Assembly (NCBI GenBank): GCA_018675975.1
Contig: JABGXB010000002.1
Span: 1-64,000, forward strand
DNA length: 64,000 nt
From: Candidatus Woesearchaeota archaeon
GTDB lineage: Archaea; Nanobdellota; Nanobdellia; Woesearchaeales; JABGXB01
Direction: 5' to 3'
Positions 20,452-31,445 of the stretch are shown here, piece after piece (within the stretch, counting starts at the first letter, position 1; each line of letters begins with the position of its first letter). The translations under genes were made by a program, and so were the position numbers. The notes below the pieces were generated by a model. That model searched no databases. It worked only from the letters and a program-made list of their open reading frames with translations, and had not been told where the DNA came from.

Positions 20452-21300
20452 ATCAAAATTATTACAAATAAATCTATAGAAAAAACTATCAATTTCATTA
20501 CAAATTTTTATTATTTTATTATATTTACTAACTTTATCATCAGTAACTTGATTGGCGATTAAATTTTTTAAAGCAATTAAACAAATTTCATCATTAGAAC
20601 AATAGCCAATTGATGGACCTATTATCATTTTGTTATTTTGATATGGTTTTAAGGAATTATAATGATTTAAAAAATCTGTTTCAACTTGATTTAATTTAAA
20701 ATTTAATGTAAATGAAAAGAAAACTATAAAAATTAAAAATGTAATAAAAAATGCTTGACGTAAATTAAAATTTTTATGTTCTGCTGGAACACCAAATAAT
20801 TCTTTTTTATTGAAAATAAATGCAATTACAAGTAAATTTAATATAATAATCATTGCTGAAAATGGAATTGTAAAAGTTCCAAATTTTAAATTATTATAAA
20901 ATAAAGAATCAATTAATATAATAATAAAATTAATAGCGTGAATAATATACCAACCAGAAGCAAATTGATAATTCCATTTTTCTTTTTGCATCATTGCATA
21001 TATTAAAAATAAGGATAAAATAAAAAATACAAAATTTAAAAAAACTCCAAATCTTCCTGGAAAAATAGAAGATAATACTAAAGTATGTGAGAAATTTTCA
21101 TATAATAAACTTGGTAAATAACCCCAGAAAAGATAACCTAAACCAGAAACTAATGTATAAATAATAAATAAAAATAAACTAATTGGCATTTCTTTTAATT
21201 TAATTAAAAAAGGATTAAATGAACTTATCAGATCACTACCAATTAAGCCATTAGCTAACTTATTTTTTGCATTATTTAACTTATCTACTAGAACTGCCAT
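20443..21300 (-). CDS. Multi-pass membrane protein
   Basis: About five hydrophobic helices; C-terminal Cys-containing region. Confidence 0.65.
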   Translation of the reverse strand: MAVLVDKLNNAKNKLANGLIGSDLISSFNPFLIKLKEMPISLFLFIIYTLVSGLGYLFWGYLPSLLYENFSHTLVLSSIFPGRFGVFLNFVFFILSLFLIYAMMQKEKWNYQFASGWYIIHAINFIIILIDSLFYNNLKFGTFTIPFSAMIIILNLLVIAFIFNKKELFGVPAEHKNFNLRQAFFITFLIFIVFFSFTLNFKLNQVETDFLNHYNSLKPYQNNKMIIGPSIGYCSNDEICLIALKNLIANQVTDDKVSKYNKIIKICNEIDSFFYRFICNNFDLI

Positions 21301-21380
21301 TTCTCCTCTATTTTAAAATAAGTATAATAATTTTATAAATATAGTGGAGAATTTATAATAAAAAATATTTATTTCCAAAT

Positions 21381-22298
21381 TTATTTAGATGCAATTATAC
21401 CAGAGGTTTCTTCTAAATATTCTACGTTTTTAAATCCAACAGTATTTAATCTTTTAATTACTTTTTCAAATAAGACATTTTTATTAGAATTAATACCAGG
21501 ACGTGGAACATAATGATATAATTTACCATCTTGTTTTAAAACCCTATATAATTCTTCATAAAAACTAATATTATATAATTCTGTAAAATCATTTCCCGTA
21601 GGAGGATCATGTATAATTCTATCAAAAAAATTATTGTTAAAATTAACAATTTCAACTATTATATTTTTATTTTGTATTTTAATATTATTATTATCAAATA
21701 ATTCGGCTGTAAATGGATTAATTTTAGCTAATTCTAAAACATTTTCATTAATATCAAAGCTAAATACTTCATCCGCTTTTTCACTTAATAATAAACAAGT
21801 ATATCCAGCACCAAAACAAGTGTCTAATGCTATTCCCTGAATTGGAGAAATAGATTTTAATTTTAATTCTGTATCTTCTTTTACAGTAACTTCTTTACTT
21901 CTATGCATTGGGGTAGGACCAATTAATAAAGTTGGCCAAGTTTCAGTTGGTTTTAATTTATACGGTATATCTTTATCATCATATAAAATTAATTTTTCTA
22001 AATGTCCATCAATATTTAAATATATAAAATCCGCTTTTAAGTTTAAATCATAATAAAAATCAAAATAATTAACTTGACCAAAAGTAAATTCTTCGTCAAC
22101 CAATTCAGATCTAATAATTTTTCGAATTACATTTTTATTTAAATGTTCATCAAATTCTTCAGAATCATATGAGGTTATTTTAAATAAAAGTAAATCATCA
22201 TTTTTGCCTTCTAGAGGTAATCCCAGATTAACACTAATATGTAATTCAAAGCCAATACTTACTTTTATTTTTCTTAATTCTTTTGTAGTTAAATACAT
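21381..22298 (-). CDS. Archaeal class I SAM-dependent methyltransferase (COG2521-like)
   Basis: PTLLIGPTPMHR, LDTCFGAGYT, IIHDPP, ELYRVLKQDG. Confidence 0.8.
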   Translation of the reverse strand: MYLTTKELRKIKVSIGFELHISVNLGLPLEGKNDDLLLFKITSYDSEEFDEHLNKNVIRKIIRSELVDEEFTFGQVNYFDFYYDLNLKADFIYLNIDGHLEKLILYDDKDIPYKLKPTETWPTLLIGPTPMHRSKEVTVKEDTELKLKSISPIQGIALDTCFGAGYTCLLLSEKADEVFSFDINENVLELAKINPFTAELFDNNNIKIQNKNIIVEIVNFNNNFFDRIIHDPPTGNDFTELYNISFYEELYRVLKQDGKLYHYVPRPGINSNKNVLFEKVIKRLNTVGFKNVEYLEETSGIIASK

Positions 22299-22332
22299 AG
22301 AAAAACCTATTTATATTTTTTTATAAGTTTAA

Positions 22333-23769
22333 TCATTTATTTAAAATATTCTCTAATATTTGTTTAGCAGTAGATGGGTTTGCTTTTCCTCTACTATTTT
22401 TCATAATAACACCAACTAAAAAATTAATTGATTTTAAATCTCCATTTTTATATGCATCCACAGCTATTTGATTATCTAATATTGCTTTTTTGGCTAAATC
22501 TGTAATAAAACTATCATCACTACTTTGCTCTAAATCATTTTCTTCAATATATTTGATTAAATCAAAATTAGATTCAGATAATACTTTCTCTAAAAGTAAA
22601 TTATTTATTTTATTATCAATAATTTTATCTAAATATTTTTTAATTAATATAGTTAAATTGTTTATATTGAAATTTAATTTACTAAAATTAATTTCCATTT
22701 GATTTAATATTTTAATAATCCTATTTCTAAAATAATTGGCAACTAACTGAGGATTAAATTTATTTTCATATTTACAATTCTTATTTAAAAATTCATTAAA
22801 AAATTCACCTAAATTTTTATCTTCTAAAATAATTTCTAAATCTTCTAAATTTATATCAAAATCTTCTAATATATTATTAATTTTATTATAATAAATATCA
22901 TCTTTATTACAATCTATCATTGACTCTTTTATTATTTCCTCAGTTATTTTAATTGGAGGAATATCATTTTCAGGATAATAACCATAATCTGCAGCTTCTT
23001 CTTTACTTCTTTGAAAAAAAGTTTTAGTTCCATCCCAACCACGAGTTTCTAATTTTATTGTTTCATTATTTTGAACACAATCTTTTTGTCTATTAATTTC
23101 AAATTCTAATGCTTGTTCAATATCTTTAAATCCATTTATATTTTTAATTTCAACTCTAGTATAATTTGTCTCTTTAATACTTATATTTGCATCCGCTTTT
23201 AATGTACAATTATATCTATCAAAAATATTTAAATATTCTAATATAATAATTAATTTTTTTAAAAACTCTCTAGCTTGTTCAGGTTTTGTCATAACTGGGT
23301 TCGTAACTAATTCAATTAATGGAGTTCCACTTCTATTGTAATCAATTAAACAAGTATTATTTGAAATAACCATACTCCCAGGATCTTCTTCAATATGAAT
23401 ATGATGTAATTTTACAAATTCATTTAAACCAATTTGAATTTTTCCACCCATACCAATTGGAAATTCATCTTGTGTAATTTGAAAATTTTTAACCAAGTCA
23501 GGATAAAAATAATTTTTTCTATCAAAACATAATTTTTTAGGTATTTGACAACCAATAATATTAGCAAGTTTTAATGCAAATAATACTGCTTGTTTATTTG
23601 GATGTGGTTTAGAACCAGGATAACCCAAACAAATATTGCAAACATTTTCATTTGCTTTAATATTTTTACCATGAAATGATGGATTTTTACAACTACAAAA
23701 TAATTTTGATTGAGTTTTTAAACTAATGTGAACTTCCAAACCTATAATAATATCACTTGTAAATTTCAT
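22333..23769 (-). CDS. gatB: Asp/Glu-tRNA amidotransferase subunit B
   Basis: IGLEVH, SKLFC, RKNYFYPDL, HIEEDPG, DYNRSGTPLIE, RSKE. Confidence 0.96.
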   Translation of the reverse strand: MKFTSDIIIGLEVHISLKTQSKLFCSCKNPSFHGKNIKANENVCNICLGYPGSKPHPNKQAVLFALKLANIIGCQIPKKLCFDRKNYFYPDLVKNFQITQDEFPIGMGGKIQIGLNEFVKLHHIHIEEDPGSMVISNNTCLIDYNRSGTPLIELVTNPVMTKPEQAREFLKKLIIILEYLNIFDRYNCTLKADANISIKETNYTRVEIKNINGFKDIEQALEFEINRQKDCVQNNETIKLETRGWDGTKTFFQRSKEEAADYGYYPENDIPPIKITEEIIKESMIDCNKDDIYYNKINNILEDFDINLEDLEIILEDKNLGEFFNEFLNKNCKYENKFNPQLVANYFRNRIIKILNQMEINFSKLNFNINNLTILIKKYLDKIIDNKINNLLLEKVLSESNFDLIKYIEENDLEQSSDDSFITDLAKKAILDNQIAVDAYKNGDLKSINFLVGVIMKNSRGKANPSTAKQILENILNK

Positions 23770-25118
23770 TTTATTTTATTTGACAGCCACAATAATTTAT
23801 CTTCAGTAAAATGATTTGAAATTATCATCATACCTGTTGGCATATTATTATCTTTACCTGATGGAATTGATATGTGAGGTAATCCTGCTAAATTAGGACA
23901 ACAACAATATGTATCAGCTAACATTTCTTCATATGGTGAAATGTTTTTTATTTCATCAATTAAAGGTGCAATCGTTGGTGTACTTGGCCCAATTAAAAAA
24001 TCAAAATTATTAAAAATTTCTAAATACTTATCAATAATTAATTTTCTCACTCTCATTGCTTTATTCATATATGCATCTCTGTATGATGCCATTCTTGCAA
24101 AAGTCCCTAAGATTATTCTTCGCTTTGTTTCTTTTGAAAAATTTTCACTTCTTATTTTTATAAAATAATCATTATAATTTAAATTAGTTGGAATATTTTG
24201 AACACCATAACGAAGCCCACAAAGTTTTGATAAATTTGTACTAGCTTCACTTAAACTTAATATATAATAAACAGGTAAACTATATTTATTGATAAAAGAA
24301 ATATCTACAGTTTCAATTTCTACTTTAATATTTGATTTATCTAAATTGTTTTTTAATTGATCGATCTTATCTTTTACATTATTATTAATTTGATTATTTT
24401 CATCTAAATTAATTAATCCAATTTTAATCGTATTATTTTTATACTTAGTATCATCGTTTAATAAATCAACATAATTTTTATTTTCATGTTTTACATTAGT
24501 ACAATCATTCAAATCATATCCATCAATCATTTCAAGACCTACTGCAATATCTAAAATATCTTTTGCCATAATACCAATTTTATCTAAAGAATTTGCATAA
24601 CTAATAAGCCCATCTCTACTTATTAGACCATAAGTTGGAGTTAATCCATAAACACCACAAAAACTTGCAGGAGTACTAATTGATCCACCAGTACTTTCTG
24701 CTATACTAATATGACGAAATTTTGTTTTAGCTGTAAAACCAGCACAACCACCTGAACTTCCACCACAACTTCTTTTATCATCATAAGGATTTTTAGGAAT
24801 TTTTTTATCAATCCCTACATTTACATTATACCCACCAAAACCAAATTCATCATGTATTGTTTTTCCTATAAAAATTGGTTTTATATTTTTATTTTTAAAA
24901 TAATCTTTTGTGTTTTTAATTACTTTCGAATCATTTACAGGAAAATAATTATTTAAAATTTTACTTGATGATCTTGCTTGAGAATTTTTAATTAAAATTG
25001 CATCTTTAATAGAAATAGTAATAAAATCCCCATCATAATTTTCATCAATGGGTATTGTTTCCACTAAATAATTAAAACTATTATTAATATTTTCTATTTC
25101 TTGAATGACCTCTTTCAT
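23766..25118 (-). CDS. gatA: Asp/Glu-tRNA amidotransferase subunit A
   Basis: SIKD, GGSSGG, STGGSI, PTYGLISR amidase signature; between gatC and gatB. Confidence 0.94.
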   Translation of the reverse strand: MKEVIQEIENINNSFNYLVETIPIDENYDGDFITISIKDAILIKNSQARSSSKILNNYFPVNDSKVIKNTKDYFKNKNIKPIFIGKTIHDEFGFGGYNVNVGIDKKIPKNPYDDKRSCGGSSGGCAGFTAKTKFRHISIAESTGGSISTPASFCGVYGLTPTYGLISRDGLISYANSLDKIGIMAKDILDIAVGLEMIDGYDLNDCTNVKHENKNYVDLLNDDTKYKNNTIKIGLINLDENNQINNNVKDKIDQLKNNLDKSNIKVEIETVDISFINKYSLPVYYILSLSEASTNLSKLCGLRYGVQNIPTNLNYNDYFIKIRSENFSKETKRRIILGTFARMASYRDAYMNKAMRVRKLIIDKYLEIFNNFDFLIGPSTPTIAPLIDEIKNISPYEEMLADTYCCCPNLAGLPHISIPSGKDNNMPTGMMIISNHFTEDKLLWLSNKIK

Positions 25119-25124
25119 TTTAAA

Positions 25125-25403
25125 TTATTTTATTTTAGGACCAATAAAAAAACCATCTTGTATATGTATTGTATTTTTTTTTATTTCAACTTTATTTTCA
25201 TTAGCAATATCTTCTCTTAATTCATAATTCAAATCAATAGGGTGATATATTGGATTAATTTTATTTGTATCCACTTCACAGATTAAATTAAACATATCCA
25301 TAATTTCATTTAATTGAATTTTAAATTCATTATTTTCAGATTCAGTTAATTTTAATCTAGCATTTTTACAAATTTGATTTAATAAATTATCATCGATTTT
25401 CAT
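25125..25403 (-). CDS. gatC: Asp/Glu-tRNA amidotransferase subunit C
   Basis: ARLKL, LRED, FFIGPKI; size and position. Confidence 0.9.
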   Translation of the reverse strand: MKIDDNLLNQICKNARLKLTESENNEFKIQLNEIMDMFNLICEVDTNKINPIYHPIDLNYELREDIANENKVEIKKNTIHIQDGFFIGPKIK

Positions 25404-26838
25404 TTTTAATAATTATAGTTCCCTCTTTTGAGTCTTTAATTGCATAACCTAATTTTAATATTTTTTCTCTTAAAATATCTGATTGTGGCCAATCTTTATT
25501 ATTTCTTGCTTCATCTCTTTGTTTAGCTAATTCTTTAATTTCATTTGGAATTTTAATTTCAATATTATATTTTAATAAATTCATTAATTGATCAATTTTA
25601 ATATAAAAATGATTAAATATATTTTTTATATTATTATTAACTTCATTATTTTCAATACTATTATTTACTAATTTTAAAAATGCTGTAGTTTGACTTATTA
25701 TAATTGAATTATTAAAATCATCATTTATAGCTTCAATTATATTTTTATTAAAATTATCAATTTCATTTTTTATTTTTTCTTCAATATTATTTTCAATTAA
25801 ATTTAAATTGTTTAATTTTTGTAATCTATTATATGTTTCAATATACCGATCAAATATTTTTTTTGATTGTATAATAAATTCATTTGAAAAATTAATTTGT
25901 TGTCTATAATTATTAGAAATTAAAGCTAATCTGACAGCTCCTGCACCATATTTTTCAATTAATTCTCTTGCCGTATAAAAAGTGCCTTTTGATTTAGACA
26001 TTTTTTCTCCGTCAATTAACATATGTTCTGAATGCATATAGTAATTTGCATATTCTTTTCCATTACAACATTCAGATTGTGCGATTTCATCTTCATGATG
26101 TGGAAATTTTAAATCAATACCTCCACTTTTAATATCGAAAGTTTCACCTAAAAGATCTTTTGCCATAACACTACATTCAATATGCCAGCCTGGAAAACCA
26201 CTACCCCATGGACTGTCCCATTGCATTAAATGATTAGATTCTGCTTCTTTCCAAATAGAAAAATCTCTTGGATCTTCTTTTTCATCTAATTTAATTGTTC
26301 TTTCACTTGCATCTTGTTTTAATTCATCTAATTTATTTCCAGATAATTTACCATATTCGTTAAATTTATTTACTCTAAAATAAACCGAACCATTTTTTTG
26401 ATATGCAAAATCTTTTTCTATTAAAATTTTAATAAAATCAATTATTTTTTGAATAAAATCAGTAGCTCTTGGTTCATAATCAGGTTTAATTATACCTAAA
26501 TCCGCCATATCTTTTTTATAATTTATTTCATACTTTCTTGCTATTTCATAAGGATCAATTTTTTCTTTTTTGGCTTGTTTTAATATTTTATCATCACCAT
26601 CATCAGAATCATCAACCAAATGACCAACATCCGTTATATTCTGTACATGAATTACTTCATAACCAATATACATTAAACATCTTTTAATAAAATCAAATAT
26701 AATGAAAGTTTTTGCATTACCAATGTGAATATCATTATATACTGTCGGCCCACAAGTATACATTTTAATTTTATTAGGCTCAATAGAATTAAAATATATT
26801 TTCTTTTTCTTTAAACTATCAAATATTTGTAAAGCCAC
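25390..26838 (-). CDS. cysS: Cysteinyl-tRNA synthetase
   Basis: CGPTVY, HIGN, PGWHIECS, FPHHEDE, KMSKS. Confidence 0.97.
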   Translation of the reverse strand: MALQIFDSLKKKKIYFNSIEPNKIKMYTCGPTVYNDIHIGNAKTFIIFDFIKRCLMYIGYEVIHVQNITDVGHLVDDSDDGDDKILKQAKKEKIDPYEIARKYEINYKKDMADLGIIKPDYEPRATDFIQKIIDFIKILIEKDFAYQKNGSVYFRVNKFNEYGKLSGNKLDELKQDASERTIKLDEKEDPRDFSIWKEAESNHLMQWDSPWGSGFPGWHIECSVMAKDLLGETFDIKSGGIDLKFPHHEDEIAQSECCNGKEYANYYMHSEHMLIDGEKMSKSKGTFYTARELIEKYGAGAVRLALISNNYRQQINFSNEFIIQSKKIFDRYIETYNRLQKLNNLNLIENNIEEKIKNEIDNFNKNIIEAINDDFNNSIIISQTTAFLKLVNNSIENNEVNNNIKNIFNHFYIKIDQLMNLLKYNIEIKIPNEIKELAKQRDEARNNKDWPQSDILREKILKLGYAIKDSKEGTIIIKNENR

Positions 26839-26875
26839 AAGTAAAACATAATAGAATTAATTTATAATTATTTTG

Positions 26876-27718
26876 TTATTTATATTGTTTAAATACTTTT
26901 TTTACATTTTTTAAACTAAGAGAACTTAATGCGCCAATATATACATTCAAATGATCTGGCCTAAAATTTAAATATTGATTTAAAGCCATAAAACCACTAT
27001 TTGCATTTATATCTAAAATCTTATTTATAGGCATCCAATTATAATATTGGGCCTCAATACTATTATTGTTTTTTCCAATTCCAATATTATTTGCTTTAAA
27101 CATATCTTTTGGCATTTTATAGAAAATAAAAATATTAAAATGTTCACTTTGATATTCATTATTTATAAGATCCGAAAAAAAAAAATGTAATCGTTCCCTT
27201 GATTTTGCATTAAAAATAAAATCTCTTTCTTCTTCAAATCCCCTTAAGCAACCTTGTTCATAAGTTTCTCCAATTTTTAATGTTTCAGCAACACTAAATT
27301 CTCTGCATCCTGCATATAATTTATTTTCAGATCTTAAAGGAACTAATACTTGCATATTTCTATTTATTATTAAACATAAAGAAGCTCTATGATAAAAATC
27401 ATCATTTACATTTAATATTTTTTTTTTCCTTATTCTTTTATTACTACTACAATCTTTTCTATAAAATAATAATCTTTTTTTATCTACAAAAATAGGTTTA
27501 TTTTGATGATCAAACATTTGAATTAATTCTAAATCTGAATTTAATTTAGTTTTTCCAGGTAAATTAATTTTATTATTTACTAAAAAATAACTTATATTAT
27601 CTATAACTTTTTCTTCTAATTCAAAATTGTCTGAATCAGTATATTCGAGAAATTGATTTATTGATAAATTTTGACTCTGTAATCGAAATTCATTACTTAA
27701 ATGCGTTTGTGCAGGCAT
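26876..27718 (-). CDS. Nudix-fold protein (IDI type-1-like, degenerate Nudix box)
   Basis: HRASLCLIIN...RSENK...GETYEQGCLRGFEEE. Confidence 0.6.
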   Translation of the reverse strand: MPAQTHLSNEFRLQSQNLSINQFLEYTDSDNFELEEKVIDNISYFLVNNKINLPGKTKLNSDLELIQMFDHQNKPIFVDKKRLLFYRKDCSSNKRIRKKKILNVNDDFYHRASLCLIINRNMQVLVPLRSENKLYAGCREFSVAETLKIGETYEQGCLRGFEEERDFIFNAKSRERLHFFFSDLINNEYQSEHFNIFIFYKMPKDMFKANNIGIGKNNNSIEAQYYNWMPINKILDINANSGFMALNQYLNFRPDHLNVYIGALSSLSLKNVKKVFKQYK

Positions 27719-27905
27719 AAAAAATTGTTCAAGTGCTATTATATAATAATTTATCTAATAAAAACATTATTTTTTATTTTCACAATCATTTAAAAATTCA
27801 TAAACTTTATTCCATTTTATTGAAATTTTATTAAAAAATGAGTCTATCATGTATATACACAGGTAATACATTTATATATATGTTTTGATAACACAATATA
27901 CACAC

Positions 27906-27921
27906 ATAACCATATGGTTAT
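27906..27921. promoter_or_regulatory. Perfect 16-bp palindrome, putative operator
   Basis: ATAACCATATGGTTAT lies between a TATA-like TTTATATA (~27871) and the regulator ATG at 27934. Confidence 0.5.
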
Positions 27922-27933
27922 ATTTATTTAAAA

Positions 27934-28845
27934 ATGAAACGAAAAATTGTTAGACATGGCCCAAGTTCCCTTACTATTTCACTTCCAATGAAATGGATAA
28001 AAAAACATAATATTAAAGCTGGAGATGAATTAGACATTAGAGAAATTAATTCATTTTTAACTATTGGAAATCAAAATCAAAATAATGATAAATCCATATT
28101 AATTGATGTTTCTAATATTGGAAAATCTATAAATCGGGTTATAGGATCAATCTACAGAGCAGGATATGATAATGTAAAAATTAAATATTCTAATCCGGAA
28201 GAATTTGATGAAATACAAGATGAAGTAGAAAAAATATCAAAAGGATTTGAAATTTTTAAATATAGTTCATCTGAAATACAAATTAAGTCAATTTATCAAC
28301 CAAATATAGAAGATTTTAATAATGTCCTTCAGAGATATTTTTATGCAATTAAAAATATAGGTGTTGATTTATTAGATACTTTAAAAAAAAAAAATTTAGA
28401 TTTTTTAAAAACTGTTATATTACAAGATAGAGCAATTGATAGACACAGTAATTTTTTAAGAAGAATTTTAAATAAAGGTTTACAAATTGAATTTGATCGA
28501 CCCTATTGCATTTATTATATAATAGAGCAATTAGAAATTTTTGCAGATTTATATAAAGAATTTGCAAAATTATATTATTCAAATAGAGAAAAAAAGATTT
28601 TGAATGATTACTTAATAATTATAGAACAAATAAATGAATTATTTGATATTTTTTTAAAAGCATTTTTTAATTTTACTTTTGATAAATCAAAAGCATTATT
28701 CAATAAAGAAAAAGAAATATATTCTACATTCGAAAAATTAAAAAAAAATCCCAATATAGATGTAGAAACATATAGTCAATTATATTTAATATTTAGATGT
28801 TTATTTGAAATTAAATGTGCATTACTTACTGGTTTTTTAAAATAA
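27934..28845 (+). CDS. AbrB/MazE-domain PhoU-type regulator
   Basis: MKRKIVRHGPSSLTISLPMKWIK...GDEL N-terminal domain followed by helical PhoU-like region (QDRAIDR, EQLEIFAD). Confidence 0.85.
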   Translation: MKRKIVRHGPSSLTISLPMKWIKKHNIKAGDELDIREINSFLTIGNQNQNNDKSILIDVSNIGKSINRVIGSIYRAGYDNVKIKYSNPEEFDEIQDEVEKISKGFEIFKYSSSEIQIKSIYQPNIEDFNNVLQRYFYAIKNIGVDLLDTLKKKNLDFLKTVILQDRAIDRHSNFLRRILNKGLQIEFDRPYCIYYIIEQLEIFADLYKEFAKLYYSNREKKILNDYLIIIEQINELFDIFLKAFFNFTFDKSKALFNKEKEIYSTFEKLKKNPNIDVETYSQLYLIFRCLFEIKCALLTGFLK

Positions 28846-28897
28846 GATTTTTTTCATTTAGTAAGTTTTATAAGTATATTTTTATGTGTAAAGTTTT

Positions 28898-31117
28898 GTG
28901 GAAAGTAAATTATCAGCACCTTTTTCAATATATTTTCTTCATGGTGCATCATGCTCGGGAAAAAGTACATTACAAACCATTTTAATAGAAGATATTGCTA
29001 ACAAATTAGGTTCCAAATTATATAAACAATTTTTAGAATTATCTAATATCAAATTTACTGATAGATTAAGAAGAAAAAGTGAAATTGAAAAAAAATATAT
29101 TATGCAAAAAAATATAGTTGATGATGAAACATTTACCAGATTAAATGATTCTGAAGAATTTTTTATGACATATTCTTATAATGGTAAAAGGTATGGATTT
29201 TCAAGTTCTGCCCTAGAAGAACAAATTAATTTTTCACTTCAAAATCCAAATTCACAGTTTCAATATCCCATTTTTTTTGATAATAGTTCTCCAAATTTAC
29301 CAGTTATTACAAATAAAAAATTAATTGATGAAATTAATGACAAATTATCAGTTCATGAATTAGATCTGAAATTTGATATTAAAAAAATTTTAGTTTTTTC
29401 ATCACTTGATACAACTCGAACTAAATTTTCATATAGATTTAATGAATCTAAAGGTATTGAAGAATATCTAATAGAACGAGCAGATAATGACTTAGAAGAA
29501 AATTTATATTTTTTAAATAAATTATTAAAATATACTCATTTTAGTTGTCCATTTTTATTTAGAGATAGAGCTAAAATGGAAGAAAAACAAGCGGATGATG
29601 AAAGATTAATTAGTTGTTTAGACTATTCAAAAAAAATAGAATTTTTACAGGCAGGATACTCAAGAGGAAATTTTGATTCTATGTCCATAATGGAATCGCT
29701 TAATTTAATTACTGATAAAAATGAAGAAAAATTTTCAATAATAGGTCTTATGGAAGTATTAAAAGAATATTTTAGTCCTGCTAGTTTATATAAAAAACAT
29801 TTAATTAAATCAACAAAAAATTCTAAACATAAAAACACTATTGGAAAATATAGTGCAAATTTAAAAATTTATTATAAAAAAATTGCAGAATCATTTTGTA
29901 AAAAAATTAAAAAACAATATGAAACATTAAAAAAAAAAAAAACATTAAATCCACAAAAAAATGTTTTTTTTGGTAAGAAAAAAAAAAAATTAGAAAACAA
30001 AATTAAAGAAGAAAAATATGATTGTCTTGAAAAATTAATAAATAATTATTTTGACCCAGAATTTGACGTTAATAATATTAATGATAATCTTAAAAGAATA
30101 TACAATGATTTTATTATTAATTATGCAACATTAGATTTTAAAAGTAATTTTTTTGGAAGTAGACAAACACAAGAATATTTATCTTTAATAGAAAAAGAAA
30201 AACTTTTAAAATATAGTTTAGATGTTTATAAAAATTTAGGAATGGAATCAAAAATTATTAAAGATTTGCAAACATTATTAGATGACACTTATGAAAGAAA
30301 ACAAATTGTGGAAGGCAAGTTAAATAGTATTTTTGATATTGATCGATATGAAATAAGTGAAAAAATAGTTATTGATCTTAAAGAAAAATTAGTTCAAATA
30401 AGAGATGAGTTTGATTCTATTTTTAATTATAATAAAAAAAATAGAAAAAGTAATATTAGTATGAAAGATATTCAAATAGTAATCCGAAATATATCTCAAT
30501 TATATTCAGAGCAGTATATGAGATATAAAAGACATTCGAATCCTGAATTTAATGAACCTGAATATAGATTAAAAGGAAAAGAAAATATTTCTTTAGAAAG
30601 GTGGCTTTTAAAAAGAAGAATTAAAAAAAAATCCAAAAAAAAATATACAAATAAATCCAAAATTAAAAATATTAGGACTAGAGATCTTTTACCATTTTTA
30701 AAATATTTTGAAACATTTAGAGAAAATGAAATAGTTGAACTTCCAATCTTAATAGAAAATAGAGATAAAGTTTATTCAGACATATTAACTGTTTTTAAAG
30801 AAATCATAAGTCAAAGTGATCTTAGAAAATCCGAATCAGTTCATTTAATAAAATCATATACTGAAAATATTTTAAATGTATTATTTAGTTCAACTACAAA
30901 TACTAAACAATCTTCAGTGAATAAATCTATATTAACACAAAATATTTCATTTATTGAAGACTTAAATAAAATACTAAAAAATTATTCTAAATTAAAACTT
31001 TGTCAAATAGAAAATGAAAATTCAGATGAAAAAGAAAGTATTTTATTAGAAACATTATTGAATAAATTATATTTGAAAAATCCATTTAATTTTACTTCTG
31101 AAAGAATTATTGCATAA
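28898..31117 (+). CDS. Guanylate-kinase-like P-loop domain fused to long uncharacterised C-terminus
   Basis: HGASCSGKST, TDRLRRKSE, Y.YNGKRYG. Confidence 0.6.
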   Translation: MESKLSAPFSIYFLHGASCSGKSTLQTILIEDIANKLGSKLYKQFLELSNIKFTDRLRRKSEIEKKYIMQKNIVDDETFTRLNDSEEFFMTYSYNGKRYGFSSSALEEQINFSLQNPNSQFQYPIFFDNSSPNLPVITNKKLIDEINDKLSVHELDLKFDIKKILVFSSLDTTRTKFSYRFNESKGIEEYLIERADNDLEENLYFLNKLLKYTHFSCPFLFRDRAKMEEKQADDERLISCLDYSKKIEFLQAGYSRGNFDSMSIMESLNLITDKNEEKFSIIGLMEVLKEYFSPASLYKKHLIKSTKNSKHKNTIGKYSANLKIYYKKIAESFCKKIKKQYETLKKKKTLNPQKNVFFGKKKKKLENKIKEEKYDCLEKLINNYFDPEFDVNNINDNLKRIYNDFIINYATLDFKSNFFGSRQTQEYLSLIEKEKLLKYSLDVYKNLGMESKIIKDLQTLLDDTYERKQIVEGKLNSIFDIDRYEISEKIVIDLKEKLVQIRDEFDSIFNYNKKNRKSNISMKDIQIVIRNISQLYSEQYMRYKRHSNPEFNEPEYRLKGKENISLERWLLKRRIKKKSKKKYTNKSKIKNIRTRDLLPFLKYFETFRENEIVELPILIENRDKVYSDILTVFKEIISQSDLRKSESVHLIKSYTENILNVLFSSTTNTKQSSVNKSILTQNISFIEDLNKILKNYSKLKLCQIENENSDEKESILLETLLNKLYLKNPFNFTSERIIA

Positions 31118-31122
31118 AAATA

Positions 31123-31151
31123 AAAGGCCAATTCTATGAATTGGCGCCTTT
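31123..31151. terminator. Stem-loop after the kinase-like gene
   Basis: GCCAATTC-tat-GAATTGGC core with AAAGGC/GCCTTT flanks; A-run upstream gives a U-tract on the minus strand. Confidence 0.5.
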
Positions 31152-31445
31152 GTATGGAAACATCAAACCCCCAGCAAGGTTTTAAAATTTAATTCCGAAT
31201 TTTACTTTGGTAATTAAATCCTATATTAAGAGTGTTCAAATTTATATTTAATGATTGCTTGATATAAAAACCCCATACGCACATACAAATAATTAAAATA
31301 CACATAATAACCACAACACACTATAAATAAATTCATAAAAAATATAACAATTCATATAGTAAAAAAATATAAACTTGTATTTATATAAAATTTCTAAAAT
31401 TCATTAATAAATTAATTTTATAAAGAAAAAAAAGAAAAAGAATGT

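Noticed and set aside
29929..29989. Long A-runs in the kinase-like gene as slippage or phase-variation sites
   Set aside because: The frame remains open, and poly-Lys A-runs are common throughout this AT-rich window
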